Part shown: in pieces, positions 46,801-55,808 of the stretch
Layout of the letters: the number at the start of each line of letters is the position of its first letter
Position numbering within the stretch: the stretch's first letter is position 1
Origin: Candidatus Omnitrophota bacterium
GTDB lineage: Bacteria > Omnitrophota > Gorgyraeia > JABMRN01 > RBG-13-46-9
DNA: 64,000 bases
Assembly (NCBI GenBank): GCA_043817155.1
Contig: JBDRHE010000069.1
Coordinates: 3,244 to 67,243 of the forward strand
Direction of reading: 5' to 3'
Translations under genes and position numbers: made by a program
Notes under the pieces: model-generated
What the model was told of the DNA's origin: nothing
The model's database searches: none
What the model saw: only the letters and a program-made list of their open reading frames with translations

Positions 46801-46983
46801 CTTTTCGACATCCTCCGCAGTCGCCCCGGGATATCCTACGCTAACCAAAGCCATGTCGAAAGATACATTCGGGAAGACCTCCTTGTTCAGATTGAATACG
46901 GCCATGATCCCTACTACTAAAAAGAAGAGAGACAGCAGGTTTACGAATAGGGAATTCTTTACGGAAAACTCTGCGATCTTCAT
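43846..46983 (-). CDS. RND-family efflux transporter permease (HAE1/HME-type)
   Basis: 1045 aa, 12-TM AcrB/CzcA-like layout with two large periplasmic loops. Confidence 0.85.
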   Translation of the reverse strand: MKIAEFSVKNSLFVNLLSLFFLVVGIMAVFNLNKEVFPNVSFDMALVSVGYPGATAEDVEKLIAIPIEKELKGVDDIDEISSMSSNNFCTIYLKMNPNASDKNKVVNDIQRAVDRVRDLPGDANDPLVEEINMKLTPIIEVALSGAADEFQLQRYADSLESIILDIPEVAKVQRKGWRDREIWIEVDPDKLKNYYVSTEEIKQALKLRNINIPAGTMRGHEVEYNIRTTGEFLTSKDIEEVVIRANDAGNWLKIKDVARVVDSFEDESEITKSFGTKAIDLIILKKEREDAIELVAKVKDAIRQFKATVPESMHVYTLNDMSLYIKRRLNILKNNALIGFILVIVCLLIFLSRRVALFTALGIPLSFSMALGFMLATGMSINMMTMFGLVIVLGMIVDDGIIIAENAYRYIESGMDPKTAAIKGTTEVMAAVTTTILTTIVAFLPLAFMTGIIGKFVRSIPVVVIVALLASLFEAFIILPSHIADFVRPARDKKTKKVISQKDKPWFRKLLNGYTRVIKLAITYRYKTMGVFILAVISLIIAMKLWLGVVAFPQRGVEEFYLRAEAEIGTSLNKTAKLSRSLEEIIESLPKNELDSYTTTIGTIFEGRTMDPYTRRGSHLVQVNAYLTAESSRDRDAFQIVDSLRGKIEEVEGFEKVYFEQVAHGPPVGKAVDVKIKGEDYKVLSQIAEEYIVLLKTLDGVTDIDTDYKFGKEEISMEIDEEKATRAYLTVMDIAMAVRNAVGGGMATSIKQLKAEEEIDVLVRFPEDKRSETTLFKEISIPNRFGKLINLEDVATFKREKRLESFKHLDGKRALRVTASVDEKTMTSRKVNSILKKKFEDIESRFLGYTVIYGGEEKDTQESFANLFKAIMIALFLIFLILATKFNSLVQPVIIMLTIIFGVSGALLALLLHNMPFSFMAFLGIVGLVGVIVNDSIVLVDFINKLRLSGKDRMESIIEAGRLRLRPVILTTITTVFGLAPVAYGIGGLDPFLQPAALTLSWGLFFGTPLTLIFIPCVYGVVDDITLKITHHSTVAREKRNSRHI

Positions 46984-48446
46984 TAGCCGGTAACACCCAC
47001 CCTTTCAAGTAGCATGTCCTTTGAGTTCTCGAGATCTATCATGCTTGAGTAATATTCCACGAGCGCAAAATACTCGTTTATCTGCGCCAGAAATAGATCG
47101 TTCTGATAATCGATCATGGTCTTTGTCGATGAGCGCCCGCGCTTGAAGCTCTTCTCCTCATCCCGCAGTTTCAAAGCTTCGATCTGGCGGATCTTCGATC
47201 GTCTCTTTGCGTTCTCGAGATACACATTAACGGCGCGCACGTTATCGTCGATCTCGTTAATGATCTCCTTTTCAAGTTGCTGCATTTTCAATATTGCTCT
47301 GGTCTTTTCGAGAAGCGCCGTATTGAGCTGGCCGTGAGCGCTTCTGTTCTCGATAGGCATCTTAACTTCAATACCTCCATAAAGCTTTGGGAATTTATCG
47401 GTAGAGAGCTTCTTGTTGGCAGTGGGGAATTTCCTGTGAACTCCATTTACCGTATAGCTACCCACCAGGTCTATCTCCGGCCACATGCTGTTTTTCTTCA
47501 TCTTCAGTTTTATATTCTTAGCCCGGAGATCGTTCTTCATTGCTTTATAATCCCTCCTTACGAGAAAGGCGCCATTGAGGGACTTTACCATATCCGCGCC
47601 TTCCGTAGGTGGCATTAGATCGTTCTCGGGAGTGATGAGGAAGTCGCCGCCCTCATTGATCAGTAGCTTCAATTTATTACTTGCGGTCTTTAGCCTGTTC
47701 TCGGCAAGCGCTACCTCTGTCTTCCTTATCCGCATATTGGATTCTGCGGCATATAGAGCTGTAGTCTCAACCAATCCAACCTTAAGATGCTCCTCATTGG
47801 CCCTGTATAGCTCTTCCGCCTTATCCATGATCTGTTGTCTGAACGCAAAATCCTTATAAGCCAAAATAAGCCTCCAATATGCCTTCTCGATGTCGGCTAT
47901 CACATCCTCTATCCTGTCCAGGGTGCCGAGATCCGCGTTAACGATCTCGATCTCAGTCAACTTGATATCACTCCTGTCGATATAACCGAAAAAGTTGTAG
48001 AGCACGGGTTGCCTGAGGGAGAACGAGAGCTCGGCAGTATGGAGCGGGTTGTTTAAGGCAAAGATCGAATCGGTCCATACCCTTTCACTCGACCAATCTA
48101 TCTCCAGTTCCGTACCGGTCGGCAACTTCTTGCTTACGCCCATTGCATAATTATTCGTTAAACTCTTCTGGCCGATGATGGAAGTAGCTACTGCCCTCCG
48201 GTCGTCTTCATAGCTCGCGCTTCCGGTTAGCATGGTATCGAATATCGAAGTGGAAATGAGTCTATCCTGTCCCTTTATCTCGGAGTCGATCTTCGCGATC
48301 TTTATGTCAAGGTTATTGGACAGGCCCAAATTCAGGCAGTCGTCTAAACTGAGCCGTAACTCTTCATCGGAATATGAGGGCCCGGCAATGACGATCGACA
48401 GCGCGATCGCAAGCAATATTATTGATCGCATATAAAGCTTTGACAT
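46983..48446 (-). CDS. TolC-family outer-membrane efflux protein
   Basis: Signal peptide and two-repeat coiled-coil OEP architecture. Shares a stop/start nucleotide with the RND gene. Confidence 0.7.
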   Translation of the reverse strand: MSKLYMRSIILLAIALSIVIAGPSYSDEELRLSLDDCLNLGLSNNLDIKIAKIDSEIKGQDRLISTSIFDTMLTGSASYEDDRRAVATSIIGQKSLTNNYAMGVSKKLPTGTELEIDWSSERVWTDSIFALNNPLHTAELSFSLRQPVLYNFFGYIDRSDIKLTEIEIVNADLGTLDRIEDVIADIEKAYWRLILAYKDFAFRQQIMDKAEELYRANEEHLKVGLVETTALYAAESNMRIRKTEVALAENRLKTASNKLKLLINEGGDFLITPENDLMPPTEGADMVKSLNGAFLVRRDYKAMKNDLRAKNIKLKMKKNSMWPEIDLVGSYTVNGVHRKFPTANKKLSTDKFPKLYGGIEVKMPIENRSAHGQLNTALLEKTRAILKMQQLEKEIINEIDDNVRAVNVYLENAKRRSKIRQIEALKLRDEEKSFKRGRSSTKTMIDYQNDLFLAQINEYFALVEYYSSMIDLENSKDMLLERVGVTG

Positions 48447-48451
48447 CCGGT

Positions 48452-48892
48452 CTACTTCCCCTTTGCTTTCATCTTCTTCTGCAATTTCTTCATGATCCTA
48501 AGGTACTGGTCTCTCTCGCCTCGGCTGATAGAAGAGAAGAGAGCGCTTATCGTATTCAGTTTATGGTTCCTGATCTTCTTTGAGATCCGTATTCCCCTCT
48601 TTGTCAACATGGTATATACAATTCTTCTGTCAACTCCGGATCTTAACCTGTCGAGAAGGCCCGCCGCTATCAAGCGGTCCGTGATGCCGGTCACTGCGCC
48701 CTTCGTTACACCGATTACGCGCGAAAGATCGCTCATCTTACATCTACCCTTCTCCAGCAGAATATCCATAATTACCATCTGTGGAAAACCGATCTTTCCT
48801 TTTGTGATTTCGTTCGGCAGCGCCCTTATAAGGCTTGCGTGAATATGCGGCATGATCCCGGAGATCTCCTTTGAGAACCTGCGTATATTCAT
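48452..48892 (-). CDS. MarR-family transcriptional regulator
   Basis: Winged-helix region MSDLSRVIGVTKGAVTGITDRLIAAGLLDR. Confidence 0.75.
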   Translation of the reverse strand: MNIRRFSKEISGIMPHIHASLIRALPNEITKGKIGFPQMVIMDILLEKGRCKMSDLSRVIGVTKGAVTGITDRLIAAGLLDRLRSGVDRRIVYTMLTKRGIRISKKIRNHKLNTISALFSSISRGERDQYLRIMKKLQKKMKAKGK

Positions 48893-48991
48893 GAGCGCTT
48901 CCTTTTGTTAATGTGCTAAATTGTTTATGCTGTCAACCATTTGCTTGGTAAAGCTTACCACTTTTCTGTGTGATTGTCAATAGTTTTTCGC

Positions 48992-49612
48992 TTATTCCTT
49001 CTTAAATATGATGGCGAGGCTAAAGATAAGTTCTTCCTTATTGATAGTGTCCGGGAAAGGCGGAAGCGGTGAAGCGGCCCGCACACTCTTTAAGGCGGTC
49101 TCTTTAAGGTATTCTATCTCGGAGCTCTTCAGTTCGTCGACGTCAACCTTTGTCAAGATGCCATACCTATTCAGCCTGAAGACGACGTATGCGACCCCCT
49201 GTATACTGGAATCCGCATAGAAGCTGCTTACCTTCTTCTTGATCCTCTCTCTAAGTAGCTTATAGTAGGAGATATAATCTTCGAGCTTATCCGAGTCTAT
49301 ATTCTGCAGGTCTTCATTTACCGGCACCTCCCTCTTCTCCGGTTTCGCGGCTTCCGGGGCCTTCTCTTTGGGAGCTATCACCTGTCTCTTTGCGGTCATC
49401 ATCTTCTCTTCAACGTCATACTTCTTTGGGAGACTACTTGCGACCTTCTCATCGGCTATTTTCTTCACAAAATAGGTTATCTCGATTTCGGGTTTCGCAT
49501 CTCTTTTTGACATGAAGTTCGAAAAATCGAATATATCCCAGGATGATAGAGCTAAAAAGTGGATAGATATAGATATGGTAAGCGCCGCGCCGAGCCTTGC
49601 GTTTTTAAACAT
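48992..49612 (-). CDS. TonB-like energy-transducer protein (C-terminal TonB fold)
   Basis: N-terminal TM helix, a central charged linker with no Pro-rich spacer (P-x-E-K type), C-terminal ..QGVAYVVFRLNRYGIL.. Confidence 0.5.
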   Translation of the reverse strand: MFKNARLGAALTISISIHFLALSSWDIFDFSNFMSKRDAKPEIEITYFVKKIADEKVASSLPKKYDVEEKMMTAKRQVIAPKEKAPEAAKPEKREVPVNEDLQNIDSDKLEDYISYYKLLRERIKKKVSSFYADSSIQGVAYVVFRLNRYGILTKVDVDELKSSEIEYLKETALKSVRAASPLPPFPDTINKEELIFSLAIIFKKE

Positions 49613-49774
49613 GTGCTCTCTTTATAGGTTTTTGATGATATTATACAGCCTTGATAGGCAAATGTCAAAACCTAGGGTGAAGCTTTGCGCCGAACAGATC
49701 CCACTCCCGGGCTGGATTAAAGAGGTTGTCATAGACAGCCCGGCAGTGGGATTATCTACTCATTCCAAAATAAC

Positions 49775-50042
49775 CCGTCTTTACGAGGCCTGTTAGATAT
49801 GAATATCTAACAGGCCGAGGCGCCGTAAAATAGTAAGCGTGCCGAACTCTGTCATCCCTGTTTTTCTCACATGTCATCCCCGCGGAAGCGGGGATCCAGG
49901 GTGAATTCGTCGAGAGCATATCTATGGATTCCCGCTTGCGCGGGAATGACAACATTTCAACCTTGCGGGGCTTCGGCACGCCCGAATATTCAGGTGCCTC
50001 GCCCCGTTAGAAAATGCTTTTCTAACGGGGCTCGCAAAGACG
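49775..50042. mobile_element. Composite MITE-like repeat: A with palindrome insert, family B hairpin, A' with a different palindrome insert (locus 7)
   Basis: A 49775-49848 with GCCTGTTAGATATGAATATCTAACAGGC inserted after CGAG. B 49872-49951. A' 49966-50042 with CCCCGTTAGAAAATGCTTTTCTAACGGGG inserted at the same CTCG site. Confidence 0.75.
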
Positions 50043-50078
50043 GCGGAGCGCACTGTCCCCTATTTCAGATTAACGAAG

Positions 50079-52088
50079 TTAAAACTCGGTCTTCGTGCCG
50101 ACGTAGAATGCAAGCGGGCTTGTGCCATAACCTCTCAGTTCTTCATATCCCTGATCGAACATATTGACGATCTTCAGGAATATATCGAAGTTATCCGTAA
50201 TCTTATAGTTTGTGTTGAGATTTGCAACTATATATGGTTTCAGCTTATCGATATTTACCTCATGACGTATTCCGCTATAGAGAACCTCGACATTCACATC
50301 CCACTTCGGCATTATAGTTAAGTACGTGTTCACCTTAAACTTATGGAGCGGCCGTCTGAGAAGCGGTCTATCCGTTGAGAAATCATACGTCGGATTGTAT
50401 GTATACGATCCCTTAACCTCGAAGTAATCGGTCGGCTTAAAGCGACCTCCGCACTCCAGTCCGTGCGAATGCGCCTTACCGAGATTAAGGAATCTGGATA
50501 CATTCCACATCGCATCAACGGTTGTACCAATTACGCTATACAACATGGTATGAAAGTATGTGACATTCAAAAGTACCTTCTCCCCAAACATATACTGATC
50601 GAGTCCCATTTCATATGATTGGCTCGTTTCGGGCTCAAGGTTGGGATTTCCTCCGCCGAATCCAAACCAGCCCCACTGGGCCGGAACCGGCACAGCGTTA
50701 AGCTGATATAAGGTCGGCGCCTTGAAACCGGTAGCCCAACCTCCTCTCGCCTTCGTGCCCGTCGGGAAAAGATACGAACCATCCAGCTTATAGGTCACGT
50801 GATCTCCCGCAGTCGAATGGCGATCTATTCTCATGCCCTGCGTAGCTGTCAAACGATCGCGCATATTTAAACGGTTCTGCAAATATAATGCGGAGTTTCT
50901 CGAAAAGACCTTTGGCATGTCGCTTGTGCTGGTTCCCCACGACCCGGCCTGAAATCTGTAAAAGTCACCAAGTTCGTCCGTATACTCGTACCCGATCGTA
51001 ACCGTATCCATTTCAAATAGATGGATATTGTTCCTATAGTCAAATTTAAACATTTCCCCTTTGTACCAATCGCGAAGATAATCTATGCCGCTGCCTTCGT
51101 CATTCTCATCATAATCCCTTCTAAATGAATGCATCCATCCAAACTTAATAAAATAGCTGTAGAAATCGAAAGGCTTATGGTCCACATATTGTGTAAAGAG
51201 TGTCTGATAATCTTTCTGATAGATATTGCTATCGTCCCTCCCGAATTCATCGTAGTCAAATAACGTACGTGTATGTCTAAAGGTTCCGCCTATTGTACAG
51301 TCTTCGAAGAGATCGTAATCCACGCGCGCAGATAGTGCATATCGCTCAAATCCATCGCGTTCAGGGTTATTCCTCTTTGCCTGCGCCTGTGATATGCCGC
51401 GGCTCTTTATATTCGACCCTCCTACAGAATAATGCAGCCCGTGTGCTTTTGATCCGAAACTGAAGTCCTCTTTAAATGTAGAGAATGACCCGGCCTCAAA
51501 TCCAGCCTTGAAGAATGGAACTTCAGTCTTCTTTGTTATTATGTTAATGACGCCCCCTATAGCATCCGATCCATAAAGACTGCTCTGCGCGCCGCGCACT
51601 ATTTCAATACGCTCAACGTTGTCCAGCGTAAGGTGCGCCAGATTAAATGCTCCGTTTGTCGAGATGGGATCATACACATGAAGACCATCTACCATCACCG
51701 CTGTGTGATTTGCGTTAGTGCCGCGCATAAAGATAGAGGTCTGTCCTGTGAAGCTGCCAAGAGACGGCGCATCTATGCCCATCTCGCCCTTAAGGGCATC
51801 CTTTACAGTGCGATATCGCTGCTTATCGATCGCGCCCTCCCCTATTACGGTAACCGAACTCGATTGCGCGCCCAGCTTCTCTTTTGTCTTTGTTGGCGTT
51901 ACAACTATCTGACCCAGCTCCAGTAGCGGAGTTACTACCTTCTCCAGGGGATCTGTAAGTGCCGTAACTACGTCCTTTATCGTCTCCACGATCTTATCCT
52001 TGCCCGCTTTCAAGCCATCATCCGTCCAGACATTCCCTGCTAACAATACGAAACTTAACGTTACTGCTAAAATCTTCTTTACTCTCAT
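50079..52088 (-). CDS. TonB-dependent outer-membrane receptor, likely for cobalamin/corrinoid (BtuB-like)
   Basis: Signal peptide, TonB-box-like IVVTPTK, plug domain, C-terminal ..YVGTKTEF ending in Phe. Preceded by a cobalamin riboswitch. Confidence 0.8.
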   Translation of the reverse strand: MRVKKILAVTLSFVLLAGNVWTDDGLKAGKDKIVETIKDVVTALTDPLEKVVTPLLELGQIVVTPTKTKEKLGAQSSSVTVIGEGAIDKQRYRTVKDALKGEMGIDAPSLGSFTGQTSIFMRGTNANHTAVMVDGLHVYDPISTNGAFNLAHLTLDNVERIEIVRGAQSSLYGSDAIGGVINIITKKTEVPFFKAGFEAGSFSTFKEDFSFGSKAHGLHYSVGGSNIKSRGISQAQAKRNNPERDGFERYALSARVDYDLFEDCTIGGTFRHTRTLFDYDEFGRDDSNIYQKDYQTLFTQYVDHKPFDFYSYFIKFGWMHSFRRDYDENDEGSGIDYLRDWYKGEMFKFDYRNNIHLFEMDTVTIGYEYTDELGDFYRFQAGSWGTSTSDMPKVFSRNSALYLQNRLNMRDRLTATQGMRIDRHSTAGDHVTYKLDGSYLFPTGTKARGGWATGFKAPTLYQLNAVPVPAQWGWFGFGGGNPNLEPETSQSYEMGLDQYMFGEKVLLNVTYFHTMLYSVIGTTVDAMWNVSRFLNLGKAHSHGLECGGRFKPTDYFEVKGSYTYNPTYDFSTDRPLLRRPLHKFKVNTYLTIMPKWDVNVEVLYSGIRHEVNIDKLKPYIVANLNTNYKITDNFDIFLKIVNMFDQGYEELRGYGTSPLAFYVGTKTEF

Positions 52089-52100
52089 CTTTATTCTCCT

Positions 52101-52138
52101 TAAAATAAAAAGGCCCTTGACACTTTCGCGTCAAGGGC
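52101..52138 (-). terminator. Riboswitch expression-platform terminator hairpin (GCCCTTGAC..GTCAAGGGC) followed by a U-tract, overlapping the AGGAG ribosome-binding site
   Basis: Read directly on the minus strand immediately 5' of the receptor start codon. Confidence 0.6.
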
Positions 52139-52289
52139 GCACCCTGATTTACTTAACCCTTTTATGAAGCTCCCGAGGCCTTCCACGAACCCCGTTAACA
52201 TCTTAATATATAGGCAGGTCTTCTGACTCCTACATCATCCTACAAGCTTCTGCCTTCCCATCCACCTTCGCCGAATTGCTTTCGCGTTC

Positions 52290-52420
52290 GGCTACGGCGT
52301 GACAGTGGCTTTGTTAAAGCGTTCGTCAGTAGATACAGCGGCGGGACCGCGCCTGCTTAATTCCGGCCTGCGTAAGGCCTAAAACTTCAGGCTTCCCTTT
52401 TAAGTTCGATTGAACACCTA
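52290..52420 (-). promoter_or_regulatory. Cobalamin (AdoCbl) riboswitch aptamer
   Basis: Minus-strand read: TTAAAAGGGAAGCCTGAAGTTTTAGGCCTTACGCAGGCCGGAATTAAGCAGGCGCGGTCCCGCCGCTGTATC ... AAAGCCACTGTCAC. It has the AAAAGGGAAG, GCGGTCCCGCC.CTGTA and B12-box GCCACTG elements in the right order and spacing. Confidence 0.75.
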
Positions 52421-53033
52421 TATCGAATTGGTTTTTAAAGAACGGAAGTATATTACCAAAACTATCTATTGCTGTCAATAGATATATCGATTTCAATATC
52501 GATTTCAACTATAATTTTTGAAATATTAGGTTACACCTCTTGCTATAGTTTAAGTGTTAAAGTGTTTTTGGGTACCGGACCTTCTGGCTGCGGGGTAATT
52601 CTTCCGCTTGCCGCAAGAAAGATGAACGATCATCTTTCTTGCTGTCGTCCAAATTTCATATTGTCACAAAATGTCATAATCTGTACGGATCGGCTGTATA
52701 TAAAATTTGGAAGAGTCGCTCCAGAATTACCCCATAACCAGAAGAAACAGAGCTCTTTTTCTTCAGGTTGTATTACGCAACCCTGCTATAGATGCCGTGA
52801 TAGAGGCACATTAAAATTTCTCCCATTCAGGTCTTTCGGGTGTGGTTTTAGGGCTTACGGCGAACAAATTACGTGTGTTTTGGCATACGGCACAAAATTT
52901 GTGAGCCGTAAGTCCAAAACCACGGGAGAAATTTTATGAGCCGGAATTACGGCATTTATAACAGGGGGGCTTGTGTGGCAAAACATTGAAAGTAATAAAT
53001 AAATCAATATCAACGAAGTACTGAATTACGGGT

Positions 53034-53555
53034 TTAAAATTCTATCCCTCGTCGGGCTTTTATGCCCCGTTGGTAGGGATGCTTCAACTCGCGCATTTCG
53101 GTTACAAGATCCGCGCGTTCGATCAGACTCTTCGGGCAGTATCTTCCGGTCAGCACCATCTCTGCATATTTTGGTTTGGCATTTATAAGGCCTTTCGCGT
53201 CTCTCTCTCTAATGAGTCCTAAACTTAAGGCGATGTTTATCTCGTCGAGTATTATGACATCGAACTTTCCCGAAACAACTCGCCTTCTCGCTTTTTCAAG
53301 CCCGCGCTTTGCAGCTTCGAGGTCGCTCTTTTTGGGTTTTCCCCGTATGAAACATCCAAGACCGCACTGTTCAACAGTAATGTTATCCAAGAGCGCCAGC
53401 GCCTTAATCTCCGAATAGATCTTCGCTTTTATAAATTGCATGATGTATACTTTGAGACCGGCGCCGGATGCCCTTATCGCAAGCCCGATAGCGGCGGTGG
53501 TCTTGCCTTTGCCATTTCCGGTATATACTTGCACGAGCCCTTCGCGCTTCTTCAT
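53034..53555 (-). CDS. cobO: Cob(I)yrinic acid a,c-diamide / corrinoid adenosyltransferase (CobO/BtuR family)
   Basis: VQVYTGNGKGKTTAAIGLAIRASGAGLKVYIMQFIK P-loop region typical of CobA/CobO. Confidence 0.8.
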   Translation of the reverse strand: MKKREGLVQVYTGNGKGKTTAAIGLAIRASGAGLKVYIMQFIKAKIYSEIKALALLDNITVEQCGLGCFIRGKPKKSDLEAAKRGLEKARRRVVSGKFDVIILDEINIALSLGLIRERDAKGLINAKPKYAEMVLTGRYCPKSLIERADLVTEMRELKHPYQRGIKARRGIEF

Positions 53556-54139
53556 TTCTTACCTTTGCCCTTTTTCAATGCTATTTTTGCTATATAGAAA
53601 CCCATAAATAGAAGTACGATAAATAGTATTGAAAATAGATTGAAGTACTTCTGCAGATAAACTTTAACCGTTGGGCCGAAGAAATATATGGTGCCTCCAA
53701 CCAGGAAGAATCTTGCGCCTCGTGAGAGCACAGAGACCAGAATAAAACGGAAGAAATTGATATAGAATACTCCCCCCGCTATCGTAAAGACCTTGTAGGG
53801 GATCGGTGTAAAACCTGCTATGCCGATGGCCCACACATCGTACTTAGAAAAGTAATCATGGACCTTCAAGATCTTCTCTTCGGAAATGAATTTCCTAAGA
53901 ACCGGCCTGCCGCCTTTCAGACCAATAAAGTAACCAAGCATCGCTCCGAGGACCGATGCCAGGGTTGTAATTCCGGCCAGATAAAAGCTGGCCTCGGGGT
54001 CTGCCAAGGCAAGCGCGATCAGCAATATATCGGGAGGTATGGGAAAGAAGGAAGATTCACAGAATGCAAGCACAAATAGGCCGAGCGGTCCGTACGGCAT
54101 AAACTTCTCTATAGTCCACTTGCCCATTGATCTTAGCAT
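53552..54139 (-). CDS. DedA/SNARE-associated (YqaA-like) membrane protein
   Basis: FCESSFFPIPPDILL motif and four TM helices. Confidence 0.7.
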   Translation of the reverse strand: MLRSMGKWTIEKFMPYGPLGLFVLAFCESSFFPIPPDILLIALALADPEASFYLAGITTLASVLGAMLGYFIGLKGGRPVLRKFISEEKILKVHDYFSKYDVWAIGIAGFTPIPYKVFTIAGGVFYINFFRFILVSVLSRGARFFLVGGTIYFFGPTVKVYLQKYFNLFSILFIVLLFMGFYIAKIALKKGKGKK

Positions 54140-54160
54140 ATTGACCTCATTGTCTTACCT

Positions 54161-54400
54161 CGTCTTTGCGAGGCACCGGAATAATCGAACGTGCCGAAGC
54201 AATCTCATCGAGCTCGCTTGAGATTGCTTCGGTGCGCTAACTTAATTACGGCACCTCGCAAAGACGAGTGCAGCATTGCTTCGGTGCGCTAGCTTTTTAC
54301 GGCACCTCGCAAAGACGGGGAAGGAAACGACCGTTTCGGTGCACTACTCTATTTACGGCACTTCGGCCTGTTAGATAATATATTCAACAGGCTTCGCAAA
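54161..54400. mobile_element. MITE-like repeat family A locus 8 (A, small hairpin, two A' copies, GAAACGACCGTTTCGGT hairpin, A' with degenerate palindrome insert)
   Basis: A 54161-54200, A' 54227-54268, A' 54279-54318, last A' with CCTGTTAGATAATATATTCAACAGG at 54368-54392. Confidence 0.75.
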
Positions 54401-54439
54401 AACGAACTCAAAAAAGAGAAGATCGGGTCAGCCCCTTGC

Positions 54440-55084
54440 TCATTTTTCGCTCCACCCCTCTTCACCCAGGAGCGGCACAAAGACACAACCGCACAGCTCT
54501 ATTTTGTTAATACCACCGGCTCTCTTCTCTATAACGGTCAGGATCTGGCTGTACATAGTTCCTAAGGGTATGACCAGTCTTCCGCCTATTGTGAGTTGAT
54601 CTATATAGGCATCCGGCACCTTTGGCGCAGCGGCTGTAACAATAATGCCGTCGTAGGGGGCATTCTCCGGCCATCCCAGCGTCCCGTCACCGACATTTAT
54701 CTTTACGTTCTTGACTCCTAATCTGTCAAGGGCAACCTTCGCCTCTATCGCAAGCGACTCCACTCTCTCTACAGAATAGATGTCCCTTGCAAGACTGGAT
54801 AGTATGGCTGCCTGATAGCCGCTTCCCGTACCGATCTCCAGAACCTTCTCATCCCCTTTAAGACATAGCGACTCGGTCATAAGCGCAACCATATATGGTT
54901 GCGATATCGTCTGGTTCTCCCCAATGGGTAACGGATGGTCCTCATATGACATGCCGCGCAGCTTCTGCGGGACGAGTTCATGACGCGCCACATTTCGAAA
55001 CGCTTCAAGAACCCTTCTATCTTTTATTCCGCGCGGCATAAGCTGCGTAGTGACCATCTTCTCTCTTTGGGCAGAATATTCCAT
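54440..55084 (-). CDS. pcm: Protein-L-isoaspartate O-methyltransferase
   Basis: VLEIGTGSGYQAAIL SAM motif, REKMVTTQL start region. Start moved to the internal MEYSAQ, because the track start is a TTG that overlaps the upstream gene. Confidence 0.8.
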   Translation of the reverse strand: MEYSAQREKMVTTQLMPRGIKDRRVLEAFRNVARHELVPQKLRGMSYEDHPLPIGENQTISQPYMVALMTESLCLKGDEKVLEIGTGSGYQAAILSSLARDIYSVERVESLAIEAKVALDRLGVKNVKINVGDGTLGWPENAPYDGIIVTAAAPKVPDAYIDQLTIGGRLVIPLGTMYSQILTVIEKRAGGINKIELCGCVFVPLLGEEGWSEK

Positions 55085-55139
55085 TTTACCGCGACCGGGT
55101 GAGCGTTTGATAATAAGATCGGAAACCGGGGTCTTTTGC

Positions 55140-55808
55140 CTATTTTGCAAAATACGATCTAAGGATCATCCCGATGAACCTTAGCGTATCCTTAACAGGG
55201 CGAATGTGGCTCAGTTCATCAGAGTAGATCGTCTCTATAGGCACAGAACCTATCTTGAATTTGGCTCGGGACGCCTTTATCAGTATCTCTGATTCCAGAT
55301 CGAATTTACGGGACTCCAGCTTGATCTTCTTTAGAACCTTTCGCCTGATCAACCTGAAGCCACACTGGGTATCCGGGATTGCCTGTCTGCATACAAGTGA
55401 AAGGAAGAGAGACATGCACCTGTTTGTTGCCAGCCTGACAAAGGGCATATCCTTCGTTACCGCCATCCTGTTGCCGATTATCAGGTCATCGCCGTGCTCC
55501 CTTGCGTAGCTTATGAACTTCTCGATCTCTTTCGGGTTATGCTGACCATCGCCATCCATTATTATGACCGAATCGAAATTGGTCATCCTGAGTATAAAGT
55601 CGAACCCCTCCTTGATCGAAGCGCCCTTTCCCAGGTTCTTAATATTTCTCATTACAACAGCGCCGTTCTCCGAAGCAATCTTCCCGGTGTTATCCGTAGA
55701 TCCGTCATCGATCACAATAACTTCATGCCCCAGGCCTTTGATCTCCCGAACAATACCGCCTATAGTCCTCTCTTCGTTATTGGAAGGTATTAAAACGCAC
55801 GTTCGCAT
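55140..55808 (-). CDS. GT2-family glycosyltransferase (dolichyl/polyprenyl-phosphate sugar synthase-like)
   Basis: LIPSNNEERTIGGIV..VIVIDDGSTDNT..DGDGQH motifs. Confidence 0.75.
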   Translation of the reverse strand: MRTCVLIPSNNEERTIGGIVREIKGLGHEVIVIDDGSTDNTGKIASENGAVVMRNIKNLGKGASIKEGFDFILRMTNFDSVIIMDGDGQHNPKEIEKFISYAREHGDDLIIGNRMAVTKDMPFVRLATNRCMSLFLSLVCRQAIPDTQCGFRLIRRKVLKKIKLESRKFDLESEILIKASRAKFKIGSVPIETIYSDELSHIRPVKDTLRFIGMILRSYFAK

